From a virus: DNA of 64,000 nt. Below are positions 18,708 to 29,285 of this stretch, in pieces. Numbering within the stretch: the stretch's first letter is position 1; every line of letters begins with the position of its first letter. The DNA lies in the IMG/VR virus record IMGVR_UViG_3300045988_109767, positions 1 through 64,000 of that record; one strand, written 5' to 3'. The notes beneath the pieces are model-generated. The model did no database searches and had not been told where the DNA came from. It saw only the letters and a program-made list of their open reading frames with translations. The translations under genes were made by a program, and so were the position numbers.

Positions 18708-19460
18708 TTAAAAGCAGGGGATCAATTCTTCTGGATTTTCAACAGTTCCTAAAAGATATTCATTGCCCTCAAAAGGAATGCAACAATTCCACAGCGTTCC
18801 ATTGGAACATTCATACTTATAAGACAATCCATCAGAATCGTCCACAATTTCCCTTGCAAACAAGCTGATATGCCATTCTTTATCGTCCTCGTCTCTTACC
18901 AGCACTTTGTCAAACGGCTTAAAATCATATTTCGGCTTTTCTTCAATCCCAAAGAAGCGTTTCAGATACTCTTTAGCTTTAGGTTCTTTGCTTGCCTTTA
19001 ATGCGTCAACCAACTTTTGTCTTTCGGACTCAGTGGCAAATCTGTATTTTTCTATCTGATTTTCCCAAGCAGATAAACCATCTTCTATTTTAAGAATACC
19101 TTTTTGATTTAAAGAGGCATAAAAAGACGTTAAATATTTCCCATGTGTATTTAAAATAAAGATATAGCTACCATCTTTATTACTTAACACCTCTCCATCT
19201 GTAAATGTAATATATTCTGGAACTTCAAGAAGGAGGCGATTTTCGCTGCTAAGTGCTTTTCCTGTAGCAGAAAACCAGTCTGCCGATACAGAAATCGAAT
19301 GAATTACAACCAATAACGGACAATTTGACGAATTGTCTTCATATACGATTTCTGCTCTATTTTGTCCTTTCTCTGTCACAATACGACCTGTTATTTCCCC
19401 TATGTTTATTTTTTTCGCCGTTTCTAAATCAAACGGAATTGTTGCTGTTCTCTGTTCCAT
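18708..19460 (-). CDS. hypothetical protein, tandem paralog A
   Basis: Shares N-terminal IPFDLETAKKINIGEI and C-terminal DFKPFDKVLVR...WHISLFARE...YKYEC...CIPFEGNEYLLGT with the next gene. Confidence 0.5.
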   Translation of the reverse strand: MEQRTATIPFDLETAKKINIGEITGRIVTEKGQNRAEIVYEDNSSNCPLLVVIHSISVSADWFSATGKALSSENRLLLEVPEYITFTDGEVLSNKDGSYIFILNTHGKYLTSFYASLNQKGILKIEDGLSAWENQIEKYRFATESERQKLVDALKASKEPKAKEYLKRFFGIEEKPKYDFKPFDKVLVRDEDDKEWHISLFAREIVDDSDGLSYKYECSNGTLWNCCIPFEGNEYLLGTVENPEELIPCF

Positions 19461-19464
19461 GATC

Positions 19465-20268
19465 TTATTTGCTTTTATTAGTTCCTAAAAGATGCTCATT
19501 TCCTTGGTATGGGATACACTCTTTGTATCTCAAACCTCCCAAGCATTCATATTTATATTCTTCTTCTCTTACTCTGGCAAATAAGTGTAGATTCCAATTT
19601 CCCAAATTGCTTGCTCTCACCAAGACTTGATCGAATGGCTTAAAATCGCATTTCTTTTGTTCGCCAAGTAAATATTCGTACTTACTTAGATATTTTTTTA
19701 TTATGATTTTTGCTTTTTCAAGGTTTTCTGTATTAGCAATTCTTTCAGCAAAAGATTTTTTCTCTTCCTCTGTGGCTAATCTAACATACTTGGATTTATC
19801 CTTACTACACACACTTGTCCATATTGGAACTTCTTCAGATATAATCTCGTCATATGCCGATATACCATATATGCATCCCATATCTCCTTCTCTATTAATA
19901 ATACCATTATATATAAATGGGTTCCCAAGCGTGCTTATTAATATATCTCCTTTCTTGAAATACGCTCCAGCCTCTACTTCCAATTCCAGATCGCTGTTGA
20001 AAAAAGTACGACCTTCTGTATCGGCATATATAGCACTTATCCCAGATTCATCTTTTTTTACAAAAAGTAAATTATAAGGACCTGCACAGTTTTTCGACTC
20101 ATATACAAATTCTATTTCAATATTACCAATTAATACTGAACCTTCTATTTCTCCGCTTTTAATTTTTCTCGCCGTATTTAAATCAAACGGAACAACAATT
20201 GAATTTTTCATATTTTTCTTGTTTTTAATTATGTGATTAATAAAATAAGATGGGCTACTTACGCCCAT
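19465..20268 (-). CDS. hypothetical protein, tandem paralog B
   Basis: VVPFDLNTARKIKSGEIEG ... DFKPFDQVLVR...LHLFARV...YKYEC...CIPYQGNEHLLGT; paralogous to 18708..19460. Confidence 0.5.
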   Translation of the reverse strand: MGVSSPSYFINHIIKNKKNMKNSIVVPFDLNTARKIKSGEIEGSVLIGNIEIEFVYESKNCAGPYNLLFVKKDESGISAIYADTEGRTFFNSDLELEVEAGAYFKKGDILISTLGNPFIYNGIINREGDMGCIYGISAYDEIISEEVPIWTSVCSKDKSKYVRLATEEEKKSFAERIANTENLEKAKIIIKKYLSKYEYLLGEQKKCDFKPFDQVLVRASNLGNWNLHLFARVREEEYKYECLGGLRYKECIPYQGNEHLLGTNKSK

Positions 20269-21320
20269 CCCAGTTGTTTCGCAATACTTTCCATCTCACT
20301 ATATGCAATCCGGTGGCATCCGGCAGTCAGCATATCGTTTTCATAACGATTGAATGCCCATCTGTGACCGGTTACATCCAATGCCAAATCGTGCTGGAAC
20401 TGACCGCCATTATGGAAGACCTTAATCAATCTCCAAAGTCTTTCAGCTTCAGTTTGTTCTATTTTGATACCCTTACTGGTTTCGATTTTCCCATTTTTAA
20501 TACGTAACCATACGTTCGGCTGGTCATCCTCAAACCAACGACAATAATTCAAATGGGAAATCTCGCCAGACTTCCATATTCGTATCTGTTCTTCCAATGT
20601 TTTATTGCGCACCTCTTCCTGTTTTCTCGCCTCTTCAAGGGCTATAGCCTCTCTCTTTTCACGACCTTCTGTCCATCTTTGACATCTGATCGTATATTTA
20701 GCCCATGTTCCTTCACCACAAACTTCATCCACAACCACATTAACGGTTCCAAGGACTTCCAGTGCTTGATGATTCAGCAATATCTGAAAAATACGTTTCA
20801 ATTCACGGACGTGTTCACGTTTAATCTCATCTGATTTCCATGGTAATTCATGGTTAATTCCAAGCCATTCGTTTGCACTCTTTTTAAGAAGACGCTGGGG
20901 AGTTTCCATATCGAAGAACTCAATATAACCCATCAGATTTTTAAAAGCTCCCCAAACATTCTGATAAGGCAATTTAGTTCTGGCTTTCTTGTATTTTTCA
21001 ATAGCATCTTTAATGGATTCCAACCTACTGGTAACAAATGCCATATTACCAGTATTTGACATATTATATCCAACACTAAATACCTTTGAGCCAGTTGGTA
21101 TTGAGTTATGAACATAGCTTTGATGTTTACAGGTGGAAGAGGAATAATACTCATCGTTAATCAAATACGCCTTTTCCCCACGCTTGTTTCGCACGATTCT
21201 TCCAACCTCAAAATGTCTTCCATAAGAGTAAATGCTTTCACCTTCAAAATATAAGTTACTACCATTTGCTGATTCTCGTTTTTCGTTTGCCCATAAGTGA
21301 GCGACCATTGAATTGTTCAT
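20259..21320 (-). CDS. hypothetical protein
   Basis: 353-aa ORF. Confidence 0.5.
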   Translation of the reverse strand: MNNSMVAHLWANEKRESANGSNLYFEGESIYSYGRHFEVGRIVRNKRGEKAYLINDEYYSSSTCKHQSYVHNSIPTGSKVFSVGYNMSNTGNMAFVTSRLESIKDAIEKYKKARTKLPYQNVWGAFKNLMGYIEFFDMETPQRLLKKSANEWLGINHELPWKSDEIKREHVRELKRIFQILLNHQALEVLGTVNVVVDEVCGEGTWAKYTIRCQRWTEGREKREAIALEEARKQEEVRNKTLEEQIRIWKSGEISHLNYCRWFEDDQPNVWLRIKNGKIETSKGIKIEQTEAERLWRLIKVFHNGGQFQHDLALDVTGHRWAFNRYENDMLTAGCHRIAYSEMESIAKQLGWA

Positions 21321-21331
21321 ATGATTGTTTT

Positions 21332-21646
21332 TTAATTGTTTAACTTACTTTTATTGTATGGCATTCTCTTTTCGTATTTTTCAATACGTTCGGTTATCAT
21401 ATCGCAAAAGACTTGCCCTTCTTTTTCGGAACCTCTGAAGTAACCAACCATCTTCAGGATATTTCCGTCAAATTCATGGACAAACTTGTTATAATAATGT
21501 TCACCCATAACTTTCCCGTATTTTCCCATAAACAAATCCTTGTCTAACGACTCATCCTTGAAACAACGGTTGTAATCCCATCTTACGATACGAAACAATG
21601 TTTCAAAATTCAATCTTTCCATATCCTGTATTTTATTTAAGCTCAA
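21332..21646 (-). CDS. hypothetical protein
   Basis: 104-aa ORF. Confidence 0.45.
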   Translation of the reverse strand: MSLNKIQDMERLNFETLFRIVRWDYNRCFKDESLDKDLFMGKYGKVMGEHYYNKFVHEFDGNILKMVGYFRGSEKEGQVFCDMITERIEKYEKRMPYNKSKLNN

Positions 21647-22529
21647 ACTTGATGCCTTCCGGCAACTGAGAGCGGTCTACCTTATTCACAAAATCATCAA
21701 ACTCTTCCTGTGTGATTTTCTTTTCATAACCGTTCCAGTTGAAAGATAAAGTGTTCGTGTGAGGATAATATATAACATTATTAATTGGTAATCCATAATC
21801 AAACACGCAGAGTATTATCTTCTTTTCTGCTTCTGCTTGTCTGATTTTCTTATCGTATCGCTCACAAATTTCAGCACATTTTGCCGCCATCTTTGCTTTA
21901 TGGGCTTCCACTCTGCGTTTCTCTATATTTTCTGAGGAATAATGCCCGGCTTTAATACGCTCTTCAATAAGAGATCGTTCCTCGTCCGTTAATATCAAAG
22001 TAAACCTTTCCTTTTCTGGTGTATATGGATTTACCCATTTCTTGCCACACAGGTCTTCAAGTTCAACAAGAAGCTCGTCTGATTCACGTTTCCATCTATC
22101 CACAATTCCTAAATCGAAAAGCAGATACTTGAAATACATCTCATCGTCCACTGCTTCAGATAATTTGGAATATTCCTTGTCTGATATACGTAAATATTCA
22201 ATAGCCACAGACTTATCGCTATTCTTTATGTGATACATGCCATTTTCCACCGGATACATAGGAGCACCATAATGGTTACAAAGATGCAACGATATGAATT
22301 TCGCTAATTCCGGAAAATGTTTTGCGACTTCATCGTGGCAGCAGCCTCCCATATATTCCCCATACGTTCCATATTGATTTTTCTGTCTAATATCGGCCGT
22401 TACGCTCCAGTCACACATATTATTATGACAATCATCATCTAAAGATACCGTGACTGTTATTCTGTATTCTTCTTTGTTTTCTGTAAAGAATTTTGTACTT
22501 AAATAAGTTAGTCTGTTTGTAGTTTCCAT
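21633..22529 (-). CDS. hypothetical protein
   Basis: 298-aa ORF. Confidence 0.5.
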   Translation of the reverse strand: METTNRLTYLSTKFFTENKEEYRITVTVSLDDDCHNNMCDWSVTADIRQKNQYGTYGEYMGGCCHDEVAKHFPELAKFISLHLCNHYGAPMYPVENGMYHIKNSDKSVAIEYLRISDKEYSKLSEAVDDEMYFKYLLFDLGIVDRWKRESDELLVELEDLCGKKWVNPYTPEKERFTLILTDEERSLIEERIKAGHYSSENIEKRRVEAHKAKMAAKCAEICERYDKKIRQAEAEKKIILCVFDYGLPINNVIYYPHTNTLSFNWNGYEKKITQEEFDDFVNKVDRSQLPEGIKFELK

Positions 22530-22540
22530 GTTATTTTAGT

Positions 22541-22777
22541 TTAATTATTACACTTATGAAAAATAAAATCTGCACATTCTCCAGGAAGTGTTCCCGCGTC
22601 ATTACAACGGTAAAACCCTTGTGTTTCCAAATCTACATCTACCGGATAACCTTCTGCTTTTTTCAAAAAAGCATCTATTTCCTGTATTTCCTCTTCAGAC
22701 AGTCCTGAATAATCACCGTTTATCAGAGCGCAAGCCCAATAAATCGGAAGCCTGTATCTTATTACTTTTATGCTCAT
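22541..22777 (-). CDS. hypothetical protein
   Basis: 78-aa ORF. Confidence 0.4.
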   Translation of the reverse strand: MSIKVIRYRLPIYWACALINGDYSGLSEEEIQEIDAFLKKAEGYPVDVDLETQGFYRCNDAGTLPGECADFIFHKCNN

Positions 22778-23166
22778 AGTTTTATTAATCTACAATTACT
22801 ATCTTCAAATACAGGAACCATACCCTGTCCCCTGAAATAAGCAGTAGCTAACTTAAAAGCGTACAGCGGATTCACTTTCTCAATTTCTCGCTGTGATTTA
22901 TAGAAAGATAACGGCTGACATACATAGAAATTTTCATTGCCAAGACTCCCAAAAAGCCAATCCATACTACCTTCATCACAATTAGTGCCACCCAGTATTA
23001 TTAAATCACATCCGGTTTTCCGAGTCCCTAAAATGAATGCCTTATTTTCATTTTCTGGTCGCATAAATATCTTTTTATCAACTTCAAACCAATCATTCCG
23101 ACAAGTATCTAAATCTCGGATAACAATCTTGTCTATCTCACGTGCATATTCTTCTTGTGTTTTCAT
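22774..23166 (-). CDS. hypothetical protein
   Basis: 130-aa ORF. Confidence 0.45.
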   Translation of the reverse strand: MKTQEEYAREIDKIVIRDLDTCRNDWFEVDKKIFMRPENENKAFILGTRKTGCDLIILGGTNCDEGSMDWLFGSLGNENFYVCQPLSFYKSQREIEKVNPLYAFKLATAYFRGQGMVPVFEDSNCRLIKL

Positions 23167-23203
23167 AAGACATGTTATTAAAAATGATAACTACATATGT
23201 TTC

Positions 23204-23617
23204 TTAAAAGAAACTCCAACAAAATGTTACGATAAATTCTCCCATTCCGTATTCAGTAAGTTGCTTAAACGATTCTATCCCATTGCAATAATAAAAAACA
23301 TCATCATTGTCATCATCGTTAATGCCCAATGATAGTTTTATTGTCATTCTTTTATCGTTTCCTGTCTCTTTCCACACAATCTGACATTCTACGTATTCAG
23401 GTTCCTTACCTGTTTTTTCTACAAATTCATGAAATCTTAAATCAATTTCATATTTGACTGCTTCAACGTTAGATATTATTACCTCGTTTTCACAATCCCC
23501 GCAAATAGCATGCGCGAAAGATCCATCAAAATAATCTATTATTTTTCCAGTATTCGGATTTACTATGGCTTCACAGACAACATTTGTTCCACCACATCTT
23601 GTACATATATATCCCAT
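23204..23617 (-). CDS. zinc-ribbon protein (CTRCGG...CGDC)
   Basis: N-terminal CxxC...CxxC. Confidence 0.45.
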   Translation of the reverse strand: MGYICTRCGGTNVVCEAIVNPNTGKIIDYFDGSFAHAICGDCENEVIISNVEAVKYEIDLRFHEFVEKTGKEPEYVECQIVWKETGNDKRMTIKLSLGINDDDNDDVFYYCNGIESFKQLTEYGMGEFIVTFCWSFF

Positions 23618-23761
23618 AATTATCTGTTTTTAAAATGTTCAACAATTTCATCTACTGTAGCCTTACGCCACGCAAAGCGGGCCCCGTCTCCCCTGAACCG
23701 GAGCTCTTCGCACTTTACCCACCTTTCTCCTGTGGCGTCCGTTACTATCAGCCATTATAAC

Positions 23762-25042
23762 CTATTCTTCTAAGCCATTCTCTATCATAACTTCCTTTAT
23801 CAATTCATCTGTCTCCTCGTAACATCCCCAGCAAGAATCAACCTCTTCCCATTCTTCGCAATCTTCATCCTCTCTTGATTCGTCTTTGTATTTCTTGGTA
23901 AATGCTACCTTCTTTTCAAGAACGTACCCTTTTACATCTCCCCACATCCACATACCTATGGACTTTACCTCATTATCTATAATCTTGGCACAATCTTCTT
24001 TCCAGTCTCCTTCTTTGTTGCAGACTTCATTATCATATTTTTCTTTTGTAACGTATGCTATCCCTTTTATATAATCACCTTGATTATAACCCCTTGTTGA
24101 CCACTCTATGGCTACCACATCTTTCCCATATTTGGATATGATATCTAACAGGTTTTCATCATCCAGATCCTCTATTAATTCTCCTCTGCAATCAAAGTCC
24201 TTCAAATCACCTGGTGAAAACTCTTGACCTATATATGGACTTGTCTTATGCTTCAACTCCCATACATTGCCACCTCTGTTGTATGTGAATGAGATCCCAT
24301 TCGCTTCCCCTTTCTTTAAATATTTTACAATGTCTTTCTGTTCTATATGCTTCATTACAATAGCATCAATAACATCTCTAAGATTATGCTTGTTATCGTA
24401 GAAGAAAGTTTTCCAATTGCATTCATCATGCAATCGATGTGTATCTGAGTATTCAAAAAAGAATGACCCAAACAAACCCCAATTAGTTATAGGACATTCT
24501 GAATCACAGCAATAATACACTTTAATGCGATAATCGCCTACTTCTTTTGTTGTAATAAGATCGTCTTCCATGTCTTTATATTTTAAATAGTTCTTAATTT
24601 TTTCTTCGATAAATGCATCTATTTCATCATAGTATGATCCATCAAAATCACAATTCCCATATTCCTCTGCAAACTCTTTAGCCCACCCTTGAATGATGTC
24701 AAATGCCTCTTCCCTGCTACATTCTTTTAGTCCTGGTAGATACTCCACAGCTTCCACCGACATCTCTTGCAGATTTCGTAAGTAATTCAAACCTATGCTA
24801 TACGGTAGCTTGCCTACTTCTATACATACATAATGACCCTGTTTAAAGGTATCCTGTAAATCTTCAAGACTCTCTATCAATGACTCAGACTCATCATCTA
24901 CCCTCACCTTGTATAACTCAAAATCTTCATTTTCTGCTGACACCCATATCTTGTAGGCTTTTTCGTTGGACAATATTTTCCAAACAAATCCGTCGCTGAA
25001 TACAATTAGGCTACCTGTTACTATCGTATTTCCCATAATCAC
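23762..25042 (-). CDS. hypothetical acidic protein
   Basis: 426-aa ORF. Confidence 0.5.
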   Translation of the reverse strand: MIMGNTIVTGSLIVFSDGFVWKILSNEKAYKIWVSAENEDFELYKVRVDDESESLIESLEDLQDTFKQGHYVCIEVGKLPYSIGLNYLRNLQEMSVEAVEYLPGLKECSREEAFDIIQGWAKEFAEEYGNCDFDGSYYDEIDAFIEEKIKNYLKYKDMEDDLITTKEVGDYRIKVYYCCDSECPITNWGLFGSFFFEYSDTHRLHDECNWKTFFYDNKHNLRDVIDAIVMKHIEQKDIVKYLKKGEANGISFTYNRGGNVWELKHKTSPYIGQEFSPGDLKDFDCRGELIEDLDDENLLDIISKYGKDVVAIEWSTRGYNQGDYIKGIAYVTKEKYDNEVCNKEGDWKEDCAKIIDNEVKSIGMWMWGDVKGYVLEKKVAFTKKYKDESREDEDCEEWEEVDSCWGCYEETDELIKEVMIENGLEE

Positions 25043-25045
25043 TTT

Positions 25046-25360
25046 CTAATCTGTTACTCTGTAATAATAATCAAGTTCTTCTCCCTTAAAGTTGTTCATG
25101 GCATACTCGTCAGTTTCTCGCCATAACCGGTCATACAAAGCTGCCAGTTTACGATTGCTTTCATAATGTTGCCAGATTTTATGATTCAATACAAGCGTTA
25201 ATTCCGTGAAGAACTTATAATCGTCTTTCCATTCATTGAACGCACGTCTGTAGGTATCTTTGACACCTGCTATACCATACTTGTCGGCTATACTAAAATC
25301 TTCCCAAAAGGTAGTCAGTAGGTTATAGCCCACTTCTTTCATAAATTCTTTGAATGTCAT
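25046..25360 (-). CDS. hypothetical protein
   Basis: 104-aa ORF. Confidence 0.45.
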   Translation of the reverse strand: MTFKEFMKEVGYNLLTTFWEDFSIADKYGIAGVKDTYRRAFNEWKDDYKFFTELTLVLNHKIWQHYESNRKLAALYDRLWRETDEYAMNNFKGEELDYYYRVTD

Positions 25361-25376
25361 AATCTAATTGTTATCC

Positions 25377-26135
25377 TTATTTCTTCCAACACCAAAAATT
25401 TATAGCATATTTATTACGAAGAGTAATGAAAATTTTTTCTCCACTTACCTGAGCAAGAACTTTCTCGCCAAGTATCCTTTCAAGAAGAGGTGCGTATTTT
25501 GCGTCAACAGGGAGATCTCTTGTCTCCGTTATTGGCTTGTACGGAAAAAATATCCTGTTCCCATATACCATTTTTAAATATAATCCATCCGGCGATTCAA
25601 ATACGTCTTTCTTTGTTTGTCTCATCCCGGATTGTATTACCTTCTCTTTTAACGATCGGATATATGATTTCTCATTGACCTCATTTATCTTATTAATTAC
25701 CTCTTTCTTAAATTCGTAATACTCATATATACGACCTTTATAATCAGCCACCATTTCTTCAACCTTGCTTTTGGATGCCCATAGCCCGCAATACACATAG
25801 CAATCCAATAATCTATCTACTGAAGAAATGCCAATAAGCATCATCTCAGAAAAAGAATTTCCTTCTTTTTCTAATTCTTCTCTGGCTCTATCTGTCACCG
25901 CATCCCACCATTGTCCTTCACACTTCTCTACCTCTCCATTATCAAGTACGATATCGAACTTTCTGCCTCCGAAAGCTTCTCTTCGCTCATTTCTCTTTGC
26001 AAGGAAATCATAGAATATACCTCCTATCCTTCCAATAATGGTATCATCTCCGTACTTTGTGCTAATTTTATCAGGCATTTCGTCGAAGACAAGAAACTTC
26101 GATTTTCCTGATTCTACTAAGTATAATAGCTTCAT
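25377..26135 (-). CDS. hypothetical protein
   Basis: 252-aa ORF. Confidence 0.5.
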   Translation of the reverse strand: MKLLYLVESGKSKFLVFDEMPDKISTKYGDDTIIGRIGGIFYDFLAKRNERREAFGGRKFDIVLDNGEVEKCEGQWWDAVTDRAREELEKEGNSFSEMMLIGISSVDRLLDCYVYCGLWASKSKVEEMVADYKGRIYEYYEFKKEVINKINEVNEKSYIRSLKEKVIQSGMRQTKKDVFESPDGLYLKMVYGNRIFFPYKPITETRDLPVDAKYAPLLERILGEKVLAQVSGEKIFITLRNKYAINFWCWKK

Positions 26136-26146
26136 GATTTATCTCT

Positions 26147-26626
26147 TTAGATGTAAGTTATGCTGCCAACATTAATCTGCATTATATCGTTTTCCAGCGT
26201 AATGAAATTATTTTGTTTTATGGGTCCAAACATCAATCCATATACACTTACTGTATTAAACAGCCTAACAGTGTGAAAATCTTCATTTAGCTCTACCCTG
26301 TTTTTATCCCAATATCCCAAATCGTTGATAGTTGCCGGGAATCCTCCTACGTCGTTATACTTATAGTAATCGTTTTGATTAAAAACGATTCCCTTTATTA
26401 ACAGGTTCCCGATGCTTTTCATGTTGAATCCGGACAACGCGATCTGCTCTGAGATATAACTAATCAAACAGTTATGATACGTGTTTGGCTTATCTCCTCT
26501 CTCGTTAATAATTTTCTTCCATTTCTTCGTTAATGGAACCCTAATATCCATATATGTACCAAATACGACTATGTTAGGACATTCTCCTTCAAACTTCGTT
26601 AAATCTTCTACTCTCATAATTAACAA
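26147..26626 (-). CDS. hypothetical protein
   Basis: 159-aa ORF. Confidence 0.45.
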   Translation of the reverse strand: MLIMRVEDLTKFEGECPNIVVFGTYMDIRVPLTKKWKKIINERGDKPNTYHNCLISYISEQIALSGFNMKSIGNLLIKGIVFNQNDYYKYNDVGGFPATINDLGYWDKNRVELNEDFHTVRLFNTVSVYGLMFGPIKQNNFITLENDIMQINVGSITYI

Positions 26627-26719
26627 ACATTTGTATTGTTTTCGTTGTTCACTATCTGATTAATGTATGATCCTGGCCACGAACAGCCAGGCCGACCTCA
26701 TGGCAGGGCAGGCGCCGCC

Positions 26720-26917
26720 TCACTCTGGCTGTTCCGCCCATTCCCTGTACCCTACATTAAAACCAATAGGATCATACCTTTTGATCATAGTGCCATAATT
26801 CTCTCTACCGCAATACCTGTTCTTTCCTCCAATGATCCATGCCTCATCGTCTCTATCTGGAGATATTGAGTTAAGATACTTTTCATAATCCTTTCTGCTC
26901 TTTTTATTTATATCCAT
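26720..26917 (-). CDS. hypothetical protein
   Basis: 65-aa ORF; preceded by a GC-rich stretch 26663-26720. Confidence 0.3.
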   Translation of the reverse strand: MDINKKSRKDYEKYLNSISPDRDDEAWIIGGKNRYCGRENYGTMIKRYDPIGFNVGYREWAEQPE

Positions 26918-27507
26918 ATTCCACTATATTCCACTATATTTATGTTATCAAATTTTTCTTTTATAATATCCAAGACTCCGTACTCGTTTGTTATCATAAC
27001 ATGCTTTCCTGGCTTCATTCTCCACAAATTAAAATACCTTGTCACATTCATAGTGGCATTAAATAATGATATTTCATATCTTGTGTTTCCATTTTTATCA
27101 CGCCCTATGTTTTTAATATAACATATGTCTGGCTTGTATTTGAAATAATTAAAAAGCCTATACCAGCCTTTCCCATAACATGTTTCACGATTCCATATTC
27201 CAGCAAGCTTCCTATATCCCCTTACCGGTATTTTCTCTATTTCTTTTGGTACGATTTCAATATACTTTCCTTCTCCGATTGGTATAGTCATATTACCTGC
27301 CTCTTCCGTACAAAAGTATTCTATTTCAGATGCCATATCTTTATATACATAGAACCGGTATAGGTTCCCGTCAGGGTCTACCCGATCCATATAGTATAAT
27401 ATCACTTTGTCTACTTCTATTCTTATTTTCTCCATCTTTGTCCTCCTTCCTTGAATAAAAAAAACGACACCTATCTTCGCAGACCAGTGCCGGCAACTAA
27501 CTTGCAT
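26908..27507 (-). CDS. hypothetical protein
   Basis: 199-aa ORF. Confidence 0.45.
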   Translation of the reverse strand: MQVSCRHWSAKIGVVFFIQGRRTKMEKIRIEVDKVILYYMDRVDPDGNLYRFYVYKDMASEIEYFCTEEAGNMTIPIGEGKYIEIVPKEIEKIPVRGYRKLAGIWNRETCYGKGWYRLFNYFKYKPDICYIKNIGRDKNGNTRYEISLFNATMNVTRYFNLWRMKPGKHVMITNEYGVLDIIKEKFDNINIVEYSGIWI

Positions 27508-27513
27508 GGAAAA

Positions 27514-27918
27514 CTACTTAACTTCAACTAATTCTACAGAGTTGTAGAATTTAGTGAAGCTACCAACAAATTCTCTTATATTTTTATATTCTTCTGGTCG
27601 TTTTCTGTTACCATCTTTTATATAATTCACCCACAGTCTATCCTCTATGTTCTTAATCGCATTCTCTATCGTAAATTCGTCGCTGACGCACATTAAACAC
27701 GAAGACCCTGTTTTCTTATGCGGTTTATACACCCTTGAAAAAGACCACATTTTTATCCTGTCGTATATATATCCGTTGTTGGGATAAACGAATCCTATCC
27801 GGCTGTCACCTTCTTTAGCGTAAAACACACCTGGCTCCTTCCCGCCCTTTCTATATACTACAAATCCTTTTTCTTTTAGGATCTTAACCACTTTATCTAA
27901 TTTATTTTCCACGTTCAT
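27514..27918 (-). CDS. hypothetical protein
   Basis: 134-aa ORF. Confidence 0.45.
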   Translation of the reverse strand: MNVENKLDKVVKILKEKGFVVYRKGGKEPGVFYAKEGDSRIGFVYPNNGYIYDRIKMWSFSRVYKPHKKTGSSCLMCVSDEFTIENAIKNIEDRLWVNYIKDGNRKRPEEYKNIREFVGSFTKFYNSVELVEVK

Positions 27919-28375
27919 TTTTATGCAAAAATTTAAAAACGACCTTCATTACATTTTCGAAGTTCTCCACCTTAACCCACTCATGAGCTACTGCTCTAAG
28001 TACAGACGTTTCATATGTTGGAATATTGTCTTCTTCAATTACCTTACAAGAAGCCAGAACTCCTTCTGTCGGCTTTAGTCCGCTGTCATGCAGCTCGCAT
28101 AGACCGTCCGACCGGCGGAATGCGCACCACCCGTCTTTCTCTGTTGGTTGGATCATCGCTATTGGTTTTTCTTTCACTGCAAGATACCCCACCATCCACA
28201 TTGTCTCTTTTAACCTGTCAGCATATCCTGCATCTATGATAGCCTCTATGTCTTTTGGCGTACCAATACAAGGAACCTTACACATGTTCTTGCATTTATC
28301 ACATGTACAAGGTTGCTCCCATCTGTTATGATCTATGCCTACCAACTTCTTTATCCGTTCTACTTCCTCTTTCAT
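27902..28375 (-). CDS. hypothetical Cys-rich protein
   Basis: 157-aa ORF; CTCDKCKNMCKVPC cluster. Confidence 0.45.
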   Translation of the reverse strand: MKEEVERIKKLVGIDHNRWEQPCTCDKCKNMCKVPCIGTPKDIEAIIDAGYADRLKETMWMVGYLAVKEKPIAMIQPTEKDGWCAFRRSDGLCELHDSGLKPTEGVLASCKVIEEDNIPTYETSVLRAVAHEWVKVENFENVMKVVFKFLHKNERGK

Positions 28376-28376
28376 A

Positions 28377-28661
28377 TTATACTGTCTCTGTTAGTTTTTC
28401 GTAATACAACTTCATTTCCGGTGAAGCGTATTCCATGAATGCTTCGAATAAGCGAGGTACCTCTATTATCATATTCACATTGCAACCTTCTGCCTGTGAA
28501 AGCGATTCAAGATCATTGCTGTACGAACACGTTACATGAGCTCCTACATTAAACACATGCAAATCTAATCTTGCATATTCCATACATAAATCTAACGCTT
28601 TAAACAAGTTCTCTACCTCAATCTCCTGAAATAGGTCTATAAACATTCTTAAATCCATCAT
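28377..28661 (-). CDS. hypothetical protein
   Basis: 94-aa ORF. Confidence 0.4.
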   Translation of the reverse strand: MMDLRMFIDLFQEIEVENLFKALDLCMEYARLDLHVFNVGAHVTCSYSNDLESLSQAEGCNVNMIIEVPRLFEAFMEYASPEMKLYYEKLTETV

Positions 28662-29041
28662 TTTATCACCCTTTCCACGTGTTTAATTAATACTACTGCC
28701 ATTCCTTTGCCAGTCTTTATCGCACATTCCGATCCTTTTATCCATTTTACACATCCTACATACTTTTCCGTAGCATGAAATCCGGGATTGTATTTTCCAG
28801 ATGTACTGAACTCTACCGTATCCCCTACCTTCAGATCATCAAAAGCAATAGACCATGTGGTCCAAATTCTGTCATGTCTCCCAGGCTGAATGGCTCCGAT
28901 TACGCCCTTCTTACGACCGTTTTTTATTGCCCTTAGTATTATCTTTCTATCACCTTCGATAAGGCTGCAAAAGCGCCCGTAAAAGGTCAAATCAACCTGT
29001 TTTCCTCCTATTTCTTCTCTTATTTTTGTTATTCTGTTCAT
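28658..29041 (-). CDS. hypothetical protein
   Basis: 127-aa ORF. Confidence 0.45.
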   Translation of the reverse strand: MNRITKIREEIGGKQVDLTFYGRFCSLIEGDRKIILRAIKNGRKKGVIGAIQPGRHDRIWTTWSIAFDDLKVGDTVEFSTSGKYNPGFHATEKYVGCVKWIKGSECAIKTGKGMAVVLIKHVERVIK

Positions 29042-29285
29042 TTTCTGATTTTGTTTTATTTTTTTCTTTGTTTTTTCTATCTTCTATAGAAGATGATAAT
29101 AACATTATCTTTTCTATGTTACTTTTTGACTGTAAAAAAGAATCGCATTTCATTACTACTACCACCTTCTTAAGCTCCCCATTATCGTATAGCGATACAC
29201 GCATCATGTTTTGCACCTCGTCCACTATCAGACCTGGAGTAGTCTTAGCCATTTTGCGTAGCTTATTATACTCCGGTCTTTCCAT
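28992..29285 (-). CDS. hypothetical protein with basic low-complexity tail
   Basis: 97-aa ORF; its last 16 codons overlap the next gene out of frame. Confidence 0.35.
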   Translation of the reverse strand: MERPEYNKLRKMAKTTPGLIVDEVQNMMRVSLYDNGELKKVVVVMKCDSFLQSKSNIEKIMLLSSSIEDRKNKEKNKTKSENEQNNKNKRRNRRKTG

